From contig JAUPSS010000002.1 of NCBI GenBank assembly GCA_040285825.1, forward strand, positions 434,001 through 498,000: a stretch of 64,000 bases of DNA, in the 5' to 3' direction. Below are positions 40,908-52,701 of the stretch, piece after piece. The stretch comes from Eukaryota sp. TZLM1-RC (lineage: Eukaryota; Protista; Metamonada: BaSk clade). The translations under genes were made by a program, and so were the position numbers. Numbering within the stretch: the first letter of the stretch is position 1; the number at the start of each line of letters is the position of its first letter. The notes under the pieces were generated by a model that did no database searches, was not told where the DNA came from, and saw only the letters and a program-made list of their open reading frames with translations.

Positions 40908-43367
40908 ATGGATCTGCAACAGGCTGCTCATCATTTAATATCTCAGTTAGGTGAGGATGGCGTTGTCGATTCTGATGAATTTCACCGAATTATAGATGGT
41001 TTTAACAGCTCAGGTGTATCTCAAACTCGTATTTCCAGTGCCTCCTCCAGAATATCATCATCAATTAACATTGATCTTTCATTGTACCCAACTCATCTGT
41101 CTTTTGACCATATAGTTTCTATCTTGGAGACCCTTACTGATAAACAACAAGAAGATTTAATATGGTGGTGTCACAGTGTCGTACAGATTGAACAGCAACT
41201 TGTAGAGCGTTTTGAACGTGATTACTTACTTTTGACTTGCTGTTGCGATTTACTCGTTACTTTAAACAGAGGATCAATACTGGTCAAGGCAGAATCCAAC
41301 CTCCTTAACATCATTCCTTCTTCTCTTCTCTCCTTTCTCATCAAAACTGTCGATAATCTTAACCAATCTCACTCTTCATATACCACTCAGTCTGTTTTGG
41401 ATGAATATAGATCCAAACTTACAGGGTTTCTCCTGCCCGGTAATGATAATGACATTGATCCTAGTGTTTTAGCTGGTGACTTTAGGAGTTTTTGCTTGCC
41501 AATTTGTTGTTTAATACTAAGTATTGAGCATTTCAATTGTGCTAAATTAAAAGAATTATTTTTTACAAATTTTGACTACTTATTGCTCAATAGTGAGGTT
41601 ATCTTTAATGATGGTTTGGAAGATTGTACTGTAGAATTTAACATTATCCTTAAGGAAATATTAAAAATTTTTGGAGGAGAAGTTGATGAAGTTTTGATTT
41701 GCTCAATTGAATATTCTGGACTTTTTGACATTCTACCGACAATTCTTGAATATTTGACCAATGATGACGTGTTTATTGAGCTATTCGCACGTAACGATAA
41801 TCATTTCAATTCAAAACATGACATTTTGTGCAACTTAATCTCTTTTATTTTCACTCTAACAATCAGAAACTGCAGCTATTGTTTATTTATTGATCTTTTC
41901 ACTGTTATTACCCATCCTTTGGGTTCTGATGTTTATTTTTTAGATTTTCTTATTCAATTAATTAATGATAATCTCACTGAAAATTCTGTTATTTGTATTT
42001 TGTCTAACGCTGAATTTAGTAAGTTTTTATTGTCAAAGTTTGAAAATTTGTTGAGGTATTCTCTAAGGAAAATTTCAGTTTCTTTTGTGCTAGTTTTTGT
42101 TGATCTGTTGTTCTTGACAGCTCACTTAGAGCTCACCTTGATTGACAAAAATTTCGACTTGTCAACCTCTCTAGACAAGCTTGAATTTTCAACTGTAAAC
42201 CTGGAAAATTTATTGATTCTTGCCGGTTGTATAGTAGAAGCTCATATCTCCGAGCAAAGTCTTGTCTCTTCCTCTGATTTTGAGCCAGTGTTGACATTCT
42301 TTGACCGCCTTGCTTCGTTTGAAATTCCACGCGTCTCCCAAATAGTTGGTGATTTAATTGCAAATAATTCATTCCTTTTAAGAACAGTCTTGTCTCTGGA
42401 AGGTAACTACTATGAATTTAATATACCCGGGAAATCTTTAATTTGTGGGATCGTCAAATCCGAATATTTAAATGCAACGTGTCATTCACTCTTGTCCAAT
42501 CAAAGTCAAGCCATTTCTGATTTAAGGTCAATATTAGTCAATCAGTTTCCTTCGCCTATCATCCCTACTTATTCTTCAATGATTTCGATGTCAAGGAGTA
42601 CAATGAAAGGTGTGGTCTTTGGAGTCTTGGTGACTCTTTCTCGTTCAATCAATAGATTGGAAATTTCTGATCTCTATCTCAAAAAATTGGTTAATTCTAT
42701 TGATATTTTACCCTCAATTTCTGAGTTGATTGATTCCTTCCACTTAGTTGTATCTTCCTTAGTCTCTCAATCAGGAAGTTCTGAGGTTCTGGCAATGAAG
42801 CTCACAGATTTGGTTGATATGTTGAAGTTGTTTCGTGCAAAGGTTTCTCAATGTCCGATATTGATCAATCAGTTAGTGGACAAGGGAGAGATGATTGTCA
42901 ATCATTTTGATGAAGTTGATGGTGTGAATTCTACATCAATTGATTCTACTTTCTATGTAAATGCACTGTTTTCGCAGCAATTTAGTGAATTTTTCACACA
43001 ATTTCCAGCATCGAGTCCATTACAAAGTCTTTCATCTATCCAATCTATTATTAATTCACAAGATTTGACACCAGAGTTGATTGTTTATTTACTCAACTTT
43101 CTAATCATTAGCCCAATGGTTGTTTCATTGGACTCAACTAGTCCAATTTCTGACCATTTCCCTTTTCGACTAGAGTCAGATTTCGAAATAAATTCAAAGG
43201 TATCTGACACTGAGTTTCATGAAGATATCTTAATTTCTACTGTCAGGGTCAATGAACAATTGACCCTTCTTTTGATGTTTTGTGGTAATCGATTTTTATT
43301 AGCTTTGAATAAGAATTTACAACCCATTGAGAAATCTACTATTAAGGATATTTATTGTTTGGGCTGA
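40908..43367 (+). CDS. Hypothetical Leu-rich alpha-helical protein (819 aa)
   Basis: Long intact ATG-initiated ORF; no recognised motif. Confidence 0.75.
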   Translation: MDLQQAAHHLISQLGEDGVVDSDEFHRIIDGFNSSGVSQTRISSASSRISSSINIDLSLYPTHLSFDHIVSILETLTDKQQEDLIWWCHSVVQIEQQLVERFERDYLLLTCCCDLLVTLNRGSILVKAESNLLNIIPSSLLSFLIKTVDNLNQSHSSYTTQSVLDEYRSKLTGFLLPGNDNDIDPSVLAGDFRSFCLPICCLILSIEHFNCAKLKELFFTNFDYLLLNSEVIFNDGLEDCTVEFNIILKEILKIFGGEVDEVLICSIEYSGLFDILPTILEYLTNDDVFIELFARNDNHFNSKHDILCNLISFIFTLTIRNCSYCLFIDLFTVITHPLGSDVYFLDFLIQLINDNLTENSVICILSNAEFSKFLLSKFENLLRYSLRKISVSFVLVFVDLLFLTAHLELTLIDKNFDLSTSLDKLEFSTVNLENLLILAGCIVEAHISEQSLVSSSDFEPVLTFFDRLASFEIPRVSQIVGDLIANNSFLLRTVLSLEGNYYEFNIPGKSLICGIVKSEYLNATCHSLLSNQSQAISDLRSILVNQFPSPIIPTYSSMISMSRSTMKGVVFGVLVTLSRSINRLEISDLYLKKLVNSIDILPSISELIDSFHLVVSSLVSQSGSSEVLAMKLTDLVDMLKLFRAKVSQCPILINQLVDKGEMIVNHFDEVDGVNSTSIDSTFYVNALFSQQFSEFFTQFPASSPLQSLSSIQSIINSQDLTPELIVYLLNFLIISPMVVSLDSTSPISDHFPFRLESDFEINSKVSDTEFHEDILISTVRVNEQLTLLLMFCGNRFLLALNKNLQPIEKSTIKDIYCLG

Positions 43368-43492
43368 TTTTTTGATTTTTTCAGTTTTTTATATTTTTGA
43401 TGTACATTATTGTATTATATTATGTTGCACTTTGTTTGCTCAATATACCAATACATATTGTTAAAATGAAATATATATTTTTACACAAGCAC

Positions 43493-44029
43493 TCAGTTCG
43501 ACTCGTGAGCTTTGGTAAAGATCTTCCTATAACGATGAAATGTTTCCGTAGAAACGATAGTCTTGTAATCCAAAAGCTTTAGAAACTTTGCTTCCAGGTT
43601 ATTAATCCTATGTACAGTTGTTTGTCCAATTAAAGCCCACGAAGAATTGGTTAATGAGTGGTCATTGTAAGTTTTGTCTGCAATGCAACAGCTAATCAAG
43701 ACAACTTCATTAACATTCATAGGAGTAACTCGGAAGTTTTGCTCGTTATTAGTAATCACAGAGTCAATGTAAACCAAGGCTGCAATGAAAATCGGAGTTT
43801 CCATTTCAGAAGACTTACATATATAAACTAAATTCTCAATAGTACTTCTCAATGAACTTAATCCAAAGGAAAAGCCTTTGTGACAAGCAAGTGTTGAAGA
43901 TTCAAAGGGTTTGATAACTCGGTTTAGTGTGCTGGAAACGAGATGAATTACGCAGAGGTTGATCCGTCGCTTGCAGCTTTTAATACTCTTTGTTATGATA
44001 GGTCTCTGATGTGATTGTTGTGAGGACAT
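43493..44029 (-). CDS. PHO80/cyclin-U(P)-like cyclin
   Basis: FIAALVYID, VTPMNVNEVVLISCCIADKTYND, NSSWALIG, INNLEAKFLKLLDY. Confidence 0.85.
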   Translation of the reverse strand: MSSQQSHQRPIITKSIKSCKRRINLCVIHLVSSTLNRVIKPFESSTLACHKGFSFGLSSLRSTIENLVYICKSSEMETPIFIAALVYIDSVITNNEQNFRVTPMNVNEVVLISCCIADKTYNDHSLTNSSWALIGQTTVHRINNLEAKFLKLLDYKTIVSTETFHRYRKIFTKAHESN

Positions 44030-44287
44030 TGTCCAATTTAATGCGTATTTGCAGTGGGAGACAGGCTAGTAGGTATAGGTTATCTCCAAAATGATGTTCT
44101 CAACGACTTCATATCGTGCAATGTTGGAAATTCTCCACAAGTTTTACTCAGAAATCACCAAGTGACACTAACAGAACTAAGCAAAGCAACAAAACAAACA
44201 ACAGAGAATGTCACAAAGTAGTTGATTGTACTGAACGAAACTCACATGCTTAGATGTAGAATTGACGAGGTACAAGGAGTTGTTTAC

Positions 44288-44560
44288 CTATTGAGACCAA
44301 CTGAGCTCAAGATTGACCTATCAACTAGAGTGTCAATTCTCTTAGATAGAATACGTGGTGTATTGTAACACACTCTTCAACAATGAGATTGTTTAGATTT
44401 AATACAATATGCAAAGTACCTCATGCTACATTCAAATCATGTGAACATCATGAAGTAGATATCATAGAAAGACAGAGACTAAATACCTGTAGAAACCATT
44501 GCCAAAGTACCAAAGTAATTTCATTTTTGTTTACAATTTTATTTTATTTTAAGTAATGAC
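44288..44560. repeat. ~270-bp dispersed repeat, copy 2
   Basis: Near-identical to 3130-3397. Confidence 0.9.
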
Positions 44561-45004
44561 TAAATTTCCACACAATGTTGTAGATTCAATAGAACACGCA
44601 GGAAATGCATTGAGCCTGTTAACGACTACGATAAGACTTTCAAAGAATCATTACAGATTCTTCAGGACTTTATCAATGAGTTTAAATTTGAAAATGATGT
44701 AAACGCAACTATTCTTTCCTTTCTATTTTGCTTGCGAATAATAGAAAACTGGCTCAATGTGAATATTAAAAACGAATCGAATAGAGTGCAGTACAGCAAT
44801 TTGGATAGGGTAGAAAAGAGGTCTTATTTGGAAAGTAAAAAGTGAAAAATCCACAAAATAAAATCAATACTACTAAAAAAGTCCACTAAAGAATGAAAAA
44901 TGAACATTACAAACACAGCAACCAAGCAGAACTGACAAACAAAAACTGTTCAACTTAGAGAATTGGTAATAAAATAAACAAAAGAATATTAAATTATTAA
45001 ATAT

Positions 45005-46228
45005 TTACACACCAATCAACTTTGGGGACTTGCAATCCTGATTGTCCCTTGATCCACATTGTCCATAGCTATTACAGCCATAGGCCCAAAGTCTACCTTT
45101 AGAATAAGCAAAAACATTAAAACTACCCGCAAAAACTCTTTTGATGTTGGACAAATAGGGAATCTTTCGCGGTATTCTGATGGTTTCCTCATCTTGAAAT
45201 CCAAAACACTGGTTCTCGTTATCACCAGCAAAATAAACTTCCCCGTGATTATTTAAAAAGATAGATACATCTCCAGAAGCTGCTACCTTTCTAACATTCT
45301 CCAATTCAGGGATTCTAGTGGGTTGTTTCACTCTGTTTAAATGTCCAAGCCCTGTTTCACCCTTTGAGTTGATTCCCCAAGACCACACGTCACCAGAAAC
45401 GTCAACAATCAAAAAATGATTGTAACCAGCAGCAACACAAACTGCATTAATGTCATAGCTTTTTACACTCCAAGACTGTTCATAGTACCGTTCTACCGTT
45501 GAAACTGGATCAAAAAGTAATCTCCTTAATGGAACCCATCCTTTGGTGTACGTCATGACGCTCCCATCACCAGTAATCATGATTAAAACATCGTCGTAAT
45601 TGTCAATCATTGAAATGGAAGGGACATCAATCAATTTGATTGGTTGGTTGCCTCCCCATTGTATTAATTGTCCATTGTCAGTAAGAGCAAACGAATATCT
45701 ACCACCCGCAATGACTTTGGTTACGTTATAAGGACAATCAATCACAGAAAGAGGTAGTATGGATTCATTTGATTGGTTGATTTGATTGAATTGATTTCCC
45801 CCAAGTCCGTAAACTGTCCCATCTAGAGCTAGTAATAAGGAATGATCAACACCTGCTGAAATTGATACAATATTGGAGACGTTTAGCTTGTGAGGGACAT
45901 ATACTTCATCAGGCAGGCAACTTGAGATTTGGCCAGATGTGTTGCAGCCAAACCCCACAACATCACCACCTTTGAGGAGCAGGAGAGTGTGGGAATAGCC
46001 GGATACTTGTACCCGTGACGGTATTCTCCGTGTTGTATGTATAGAGAGGACACTTGAGGAACCCGAGGAAGATGTAGATCTGCCCGATAGATCATAATGT
46101 TGAGGTGTGCCAGGAAGACAATCAAGGTTCTGTACAGTAGAATTGACAATTGAGCACTTGAGAATAGGATCGCCAACAGAAGACTTGGATAACAGGGAAT
46201 TTCCACATGGGTACATTTGGACCAGCAC
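45005..46228 (-). CDS. RCC1-repeat protein (start uncertain)
   Basis: Repeats GYSHTLLL..G.V.GFGCN..GQ, AGVDHSLLL, AGYNHFL...VWSWGINSKGETGLG. Confidence 0.85.
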   Translation of the reverse strand: MLVQMYPCGNSLLSKSSVGDPILKCSIVNSTVQNLDCLPGTPQHYDLSGRSTSSSGSSSVLSIHTTRRIPSRVQVSGYSHTLLLLKGGDVVGFGCNTSGQISSCLPDEVYVPHKLNVSNIVSISAGVDHSLLLALDGTVYGLGGNQFNQINQSNESILPLSVIDCPYNVTKVIAGGRYSFALTDNGQLIQWGGNQPIKLIDVPSISMIDNYDDVLIMITGDGSVMTYTKGWVPLRRLLFDPVSTVERYYEQSWSVKSYDINAVCVAAGYNHFLIVDVSGDVWSWGINSKGETGLGHLNRVKQPTRIPELENVRKVAASGDVSIFLNNHGEVYFAGDNENQCFGFQDEETIRIPRKIPYLSNIKRVFAGSFNVFAYSKGRLWAYGCNSYGQCGSRDNQDCKSPKLIGV

Positions 46229-48069
46229 AGACAGAAAAACAGGCTACAACTCACAAACAGCAATTCTGAAAATTGAACAAGGAGGAAAAAGACATGGCTG
46301 ACATCGTGAGATCACGTGATTTCACTGTTCGGAATTACCACATGTTCGAAACCGGTGTTCTGATCTCATCAACTCATTTTCAGTTTTGATTTTCAATTTT
46401 GATTTGACCAGTAAATGTCTGTCCCATCCTACAAACTCTTAACATAACACCCTACAAACACTCATAGTGGAAGGAAGGACAATGTTAATTGTCGTCTTTG
46501 CAACGAGTTAATGACTAGGAAAAACTACCCCTTTGTTGGAAACTTTTGTCCCAAACTTCGAAACAGAGGAGTTTCACTTCGTGATAAGCTCGATCTTGCT
46601 TCTTGCGAAACTCTCAACCAAGTCCGAAACTCTTGTTCACTGGATCTTTTACCGAACTCTCAATCACCTAATGCACCTCCTGACAAACAACCACAAATAA
46701 ATGATGTTTTTTCTTTGGCCAACAACTTCAAGGAAATTTGTTATCTTGCTCTTTCAAACATGTAGGCATCGTTCTTTTGGTGTTTTGGCTTCGTTCTAGG
46801 TTTGCAGTAATCCTTAGCTTGCCAATCGTCACCATTCCCTAACTTCTATTCCTTGCTTTTGTAGATACTGAAAAACAATCCGTGACACTTGTCATTATCT
46901 GCTTTTTGTCAATGTCGTGTCAAGTGAATTTTTCATTTATCATCCTCTTTTATCAGATCACCTTCTTCAATTCCATAGTATCATCTATTATATGCTGTGT
47001 TTGGTATAAATAATGTTTTATATTGTTGAGTTCGTGTTCTACATCGTAAGTCGGTGATAGACTGTTTTTCCAGAATTCATGTTATTGGAAAATCATCAAT
47101 TAAAAGACCTTATCACCAGCCATTTCCACATATCTACCGGGCCAGAATCACCCATTACAGTTTTGAGAGGCTCAATTATTTCATTGTCTTAAATATATTT
47201 TGGCAGTCGCTCAAAAAATTTGTCGTTCTACTGGTAGTTTCTTTTTTTTCAACATAGAAAAACTAATCAAAACAAGTGAAAAACATGTCAATGTTTGAAG
47301 ACAACCTTGACATCAGATGTGGGGCACACGGAGCAATCAACAACAAGGGAAAAGAGACAAAATTGAGTGGAGGAATTGAAGATGGTGGAGTTGGTTTAGC
47401 AAAATTTTATGCACTCCAAAGTTGAAAATTTGTGCTCTTTTATTTCCTTTAATTAGCTCAGCTACGACAAAGAAAAAAAAGAAACAAATGTGGATTTGAT
47501 AATTTATAATGTTCTTTCAATTTTTCACAGTTCAAATGAGAAAAGCTCAACTCCAACTTCAATCCCGATTTAATGTTAAATCATGTTCCATTCAAGATAA
47601 ATTAGCACATCTTGTTGAACTAGAAGTTGGAAAACAGGTGTCACTTGCACTGTTACACGTTTGTTGTGTTGAAAATATCCTAATTTTTATGGGGAATTTA
47701 CCAAATTAACTCTTTAATTCTCAAATGATCTCATTTTAATAAGGAAAGCTTGTCTTGCAAATTTAATTGGTACTGATGATTTACCCAACTTTATGGACAT
47801 CTATCCATCTCCGAAGGTGGTTATTTATGAAATTGAACCAACACACTGGTCCCAGCCATCTTCCTCCTTTGTCGCCAGGAATCTCTCCATCTTTGGTTCA
47901 CTTCCTATGTTATCAAGAAACTCACTAAAACATATGTCAAAATTCATGAAACATTGGACTTTGGAAAATGTATTAATCAGCAATTTGTAAAAGAAAAGAT
48001 GAGGTCATTTTATCGGGCCTTTGACTGAATGCCAAGAAATCGTATTAAATTTCAAACCAAATGTTGATC

Positions 48070-48176
48070 CTTGTAACAAATCATCTGTTTCTTGTTTACT
48101 GAAATCGGACTTTAATCCTTCGGAAATTGTTGAAGAAGCAAAAGTTATAAGAATAAGAGTCAAATTCACGCCTTGC
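48070..48176. repeat. ~105-bp dispersed repeat, copy 2
   Basis: Matches 7098-7205. Confidence 0.75.
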
Positions 48177-48400
48177 TATTTAGTAGATATTATTCTACAG
48201 TGTTCAACTAATTTGCTGTGTTAAGTATTTTTGGTCCAAATGCAAGCGAATATTTGGTTTCTTTTTCAATTTTGTGTCAGGCATTCAGAAATGCTGTCAA
48301 GAGTATTTACTGAAGAAGTAGGCTTATTTTTCGAGTATTCAAAAGTTTATTTAAATACATGCATTACATTATAAGTGAACTTGATAAAAAGTATGTTGTT

Positions 48401-50453
48401 TTTTTTGACCAAAATTTTAATTTTATTCAAAACCTATAAATCAACATCTAAAAAATCCATCTCTCCCAGAACAAAAACACTAGATGCAACTCTCCCATAG
48501 TGAGATCCAAGAGAAAGCAAAGCATCAGAAACCATCTTCAACATCCCCTTAAAAATAGAAAACACAATTCTATTTTGCCAAAACAATCTGTTGAAATTTC
48601 TGCCAGTTCTTCTCTTTACAATCATTTCAAAATCATCCAAAAAACGTAAAGCAGTTGGTGCAAGTGAACCAAAAAGGGAAAATACAAATGGATACAAATT
48701 GTATTTTGCATGCTGTTGACTGGCCAATTTGGACAAAGGTTCATTGTATTTTTTGAATTTAAAATTTTCAGCATTTGAAAGGGGATTATGAATTTCAGAA
48801 TTAACTAGCCTTTCATTTGAGGCATTACAAGGATCAACAGACATTACATCCAATAAAATGAAACTTCCATCTAATCCAGGTAATATAACATCACCTCTAT
48901 TATTCTTATGAAAATCATCTTCAGTATCAAACAGATTTGACAACAGAGGTTCCAAGAAGGATTCAATTCAATGAGATTTACACATACAATATAACTGGTC
49001 TCTTACAGCATCATGAACCTTGCTTCTAAAAGTAATAAAATGTTTACAATTTAACAAATGAGTAGTTGTAATTTCTCGAGAACATTTACAAATTAAATTA
49101 TGAGGTAAATTATCAGGCCAGATAAAGGAACGAAATCTCATATTTAGAGTCCAAGCAGAATCGGTTAAGAGAGTACCATAAACTTGGGGAATTGTTGATA
49201 CAAGGCAGAAGAAGTACTGTCACACATATCTTGTAAAAGATTTGCAAAAGCGGGATTCTTTTTCTTGGCCAAGCCAAGTCTAACATCAAAATCCAAGCTT
49301 TCAAAAATCTTTGATAATTTTTGTTGAAGCTTTTTACAGCAAAACTGTAAATTAAAAAGAGATCGGTTTGGAATTTCTTGAATTGATTGAGGAAAACATT
49401 TGGTCCAAATTTGTGGCGGCAATTTTTCAAGTTCACAAGATAACTCATACAAATAGGGACTGCAATTGGGAACTAACAGATGAGAATCATCAGGAAATCT
49501 ACGAGAAAATTCATAAATAAAATTTTTGCCACCACCCAAGAATGCTGATTGACACAAAATTGAAGATTTAGTAAATCCAATACCACCCAAATTTGCTGAA
49601 GAAAATAAGTGACTTTTCAACATTCCTGGTTCTACATCCAATAAATCAGCAAAAAATTCTGTTCTCAATGAATTAAATGAACGACAAAAATCTAATGCTA
49701 TGGAAGGAGCACAAGATCTCAAAATGTGGGTTATACTCCCAGTGTAGCAAATTTTAAGCATGAAAAATTTAATATGCTTTTCTATATCTAAAGAAGAAAT
49801 TGAATCAAGTTCAATTATCATTTTTTCCAAAATAACTTGCAATTCATTCTGAATTTGAGGCACGTTTCCTAACCAACAACCAAGGAACTTAAAAGCATCA
49901 CTACTATAATTAGTAAAAGGGACAATAGAATCGTTTATCGCAAGATCTTGAGCAGAAGAGCCAATCAGAAGGCATTTGCTCGCATTAAGATAAAGCCCAA
50001 TATTTTTATATGAATCGGCAATTTCTTGAGCAACCAATTCTAGTAAATCGAATGAACCAATCAAGGATATATCATCCATATAAGCAACTATTTTTATAGA
50101 AGGGTATTTTTGCTTAATGATATTTAAAGTTTTGTGAATAGCTAAACAAAACAATAATGAACCTAAAGGATCACCTTGCTTCACTCCAGAAGATGATTTA
50201 AGACCAAATGAATTATAAATTAAATCTGATTCTTTCCCATAAAAATGATAGAAAAAACTCGATAGCTCAGGAAAATCAGATTTAATTACTTCAAAAATTG
50301 CTTCTCGCTTTACAGAATTAAAAGCATTTTTAAAGTCAAGATTAAAAATATAATTATTTTCCTCTGCATTAAAAAAAGTATCTGAGGCAATAGCAGCAAC
50401 AGAAGCACCATCAATTGTTTTGATTCCAAATTGATGGGGATTCAAAAATATAG
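48401..50453 (-). mobile_element. 5'-truncated RLE-type (CRE/NeSL-like) non-LTR retrotransposon, family A, with 12-bp TSD
   Basis: RT motifs LDFKNAFNS, GVKQGDPL, YMDD, FLG; CCHC knuckle; RLE RGDV..LLDV..AENFKFKKY. A-tail present. TSD AAGTATGTTGTT at 48389-48400 and 50454-50465. Confidence 0.92.
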
Positions 50454-50959
50454 AAGTATGTTGTTGATCCCATAAATTGTTGGGGAAATAATTATTACAG
50501 TATCAACTTTACCGTTTGTTTTGTTTAAAAGTAGAAGGTTAAATTATCTTGTGCAAAAATAAGTTGAATTTGTTTATTGTATATTATTTTCATATTACAA
50601 AAAAGCGTTGAAACACGTGTCAAGAACATTGTAGAAAAGCAAATAGCTTTACAGAAGACTTTATTTCAAGAAACTAGAATTGTGTAGGACAATTAAGAAT
50701 TTTCAATTCCCCTCCAGTATCTTTTTTTACAGATAGAAAATCCTAAATCGTGTCAGGTTAAAGAAAACGGTTAATAAGTTGATTAAGAAAGGGGTCAACA
50801 TCGACACAGTCGCAGGATAGATCAACAACTCTACATGTAATGAAACTCTATTTTGAACACTTGATTAAATAGAACAATTAACAATTACAAATCAAACACT
50901 TCTCACAGATGCAAACTATTAAAAAACACAATTTATTTACAATCTTAATTAAAGAAATC

Positions 50960-52116
50960 CTAACAAAACAAGGCATGATCCAACAACTGCTTAACTGTAG
51001 GACGGTCATTAGGATTCCTAGCCATCATCTGCAATAAAAGATTGGCTATTTGAGGATCTACATCCTTTGGGATACTAGGACTCTGAGAGCTGTGGGCAAT
51101 ATCATAGAGAACACTAATAACACTCTTCTTTTGAGAGAACTTTTCCTCCCATGGTACAGTACCAGTAACGAGAGAATAGACAACAGCTCCAAAGGAAAAA
51201 ACGTCAGAACGCCTTCCGTATTTCTCTTGCCTCACCACTTCAGGAGCCTAGGGTCAGAAAACAATTTAAAAAAACAACATACCATAAAACAAGGGGTTCC
51301 TATAAGGGTGTCAAGTCCACCAGTATTATTCAATGTTTTAGTCAAGGCAGCGCTACCGAAATCACCAAGTTTGATTGTCCCACAATTAGTCAAAAAAACG
51401 TTTGACAACTTAATATCGCGATGTACCGTATGTTTGGTATTGTGAAGATAGTCTAATGCAAACAACAATTGCCTTGACCAAGAAATTACAATATTTAGAG
51501 GTAATTTCCCAAACGACTTTACCACATTTGCGAGGTTCGTTGAAGCCAATTCTTGATAAATCAACACCTTCTCCTTTTCAATAGCAATATCATAATAAGA
51601 AATTATATTAGGATGATCCAATGCCGCTAACATTGATGCTTCCCTGTTGATCGTACCATGACTCCCCACAGGTGAAAACACTTCTTTACATGCGACAAAG
51701 GTTCCATTCCTGATATCAAGACACTCGTACACACAGCCTGAGCTACCTCTACCAATGATTTTACCTTTGATGTAGTGATTGGTTGAAGAAGGCGTGTATG
51801 AAGAAGGAAAGGGCGTGGGAGGAGCAGAGATATCAGTTGCGGATAGCTTGATCTGTTTCTTTGCCTTTGTAATATTGAGAGGGGTGAAAGGAGAGGATGC
51901 CATTAGGGAGGGGGAAAGAGCTTCATTGCCATGGAAAGAAGAGTTGGAGGAACCAGAAGAAGACAGCGAAAGAGAGTGCTGGTGGAGGGAATAGTCAGAG
52001 TCACTGTCAAGAAGGGAAGAACGTTGGTTGAGACGGAATAAACAAGCATCAGAATCAGTATCAGAGTCAACAGGGAGAGAAGATTTGGTGTAAAGGGAAC
52101 GGTGTAAAAGACTCAT
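50960..52116 (-). CDS. STE11/MAP3K-like Ser/Thr kinase, 2 exons (35-nt intron 51248-51282)
   Basis: GRGSSG, VACKE, HRDIK, DFG. Removing GTATGT...CTGACCCTAG restores GTPCFMAPEVV...SDVFSFG. Confidence 0.9.
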
Positions 52117-52227
52117 AGAGCTGAGGTTGAAGAAATTGTTCTTGGCAAATACTCAACAAAGCCTCATTGTGGAATTAAAATGACTTAATATTTGTTACAA
52201 GACCACCTTGCCATGTACTTATTGAGA

Positions 52228-52701
52228 TCATATAGCACGTTTCCTCTTCTCGGTGGGACAATTGGCATTACCAGTGGAATAGAATTCTCTTAATAATTCA
52301 ATTGCTTCATCCTTCAAAAGGCCTCCTCTTGCGTTGTCCAAGATATTGAGAACAGAACCACAACCACCAAACTTATCGTTCCATGCACCAAAAATAACTG
52401 AATGGAAGTTAAGGCGTCGTAGGGCATCAGCACACATGATACATGGTTCAAGTGTGACATAAAGATCACATTCAGAGAACTTGATGGATGGGTAAGTGCA
52501 TAAAATGGTGTCAATAGCTTCTAGTTCCGCGTGTCGTGTGGCATTTTTGGTCTCGTTGGTGCGATTGGCTCCAGTGGCAACGATTGAGCTATTGTGAACA
52601 ATCACAGCCCCAACAGGAACCTCGCTTGAATGCATGGCATTGTTGGCAACGTTAAGTGCATACTGCATGTACAAAAGATCTAATGACTCAGCATCAACCA
52701 T
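52228..52701 (-). CDS. ADAT2: tRNA-specific adenosine-34 deaminase catalytic subunit
   Basis: EVPVGAV, NRTNETKNATRHAE, EPCIMC, NDKFGGCGSV. Confidence 0.9.
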   Translation of the reverse strand: MVDAESLDLLYMQYALNVANNAMHSSEVPVGAVIVHNSSIVATGANRTNETKNATRHAELEAIDTILCTYPSIKFSECDLYVTLEPCIMCADALRRLNFHSVIFGAWNDKFGGCGSVLNILDNARGGLLKDEAIELLREFYSTGNANCPTEKRKRAI

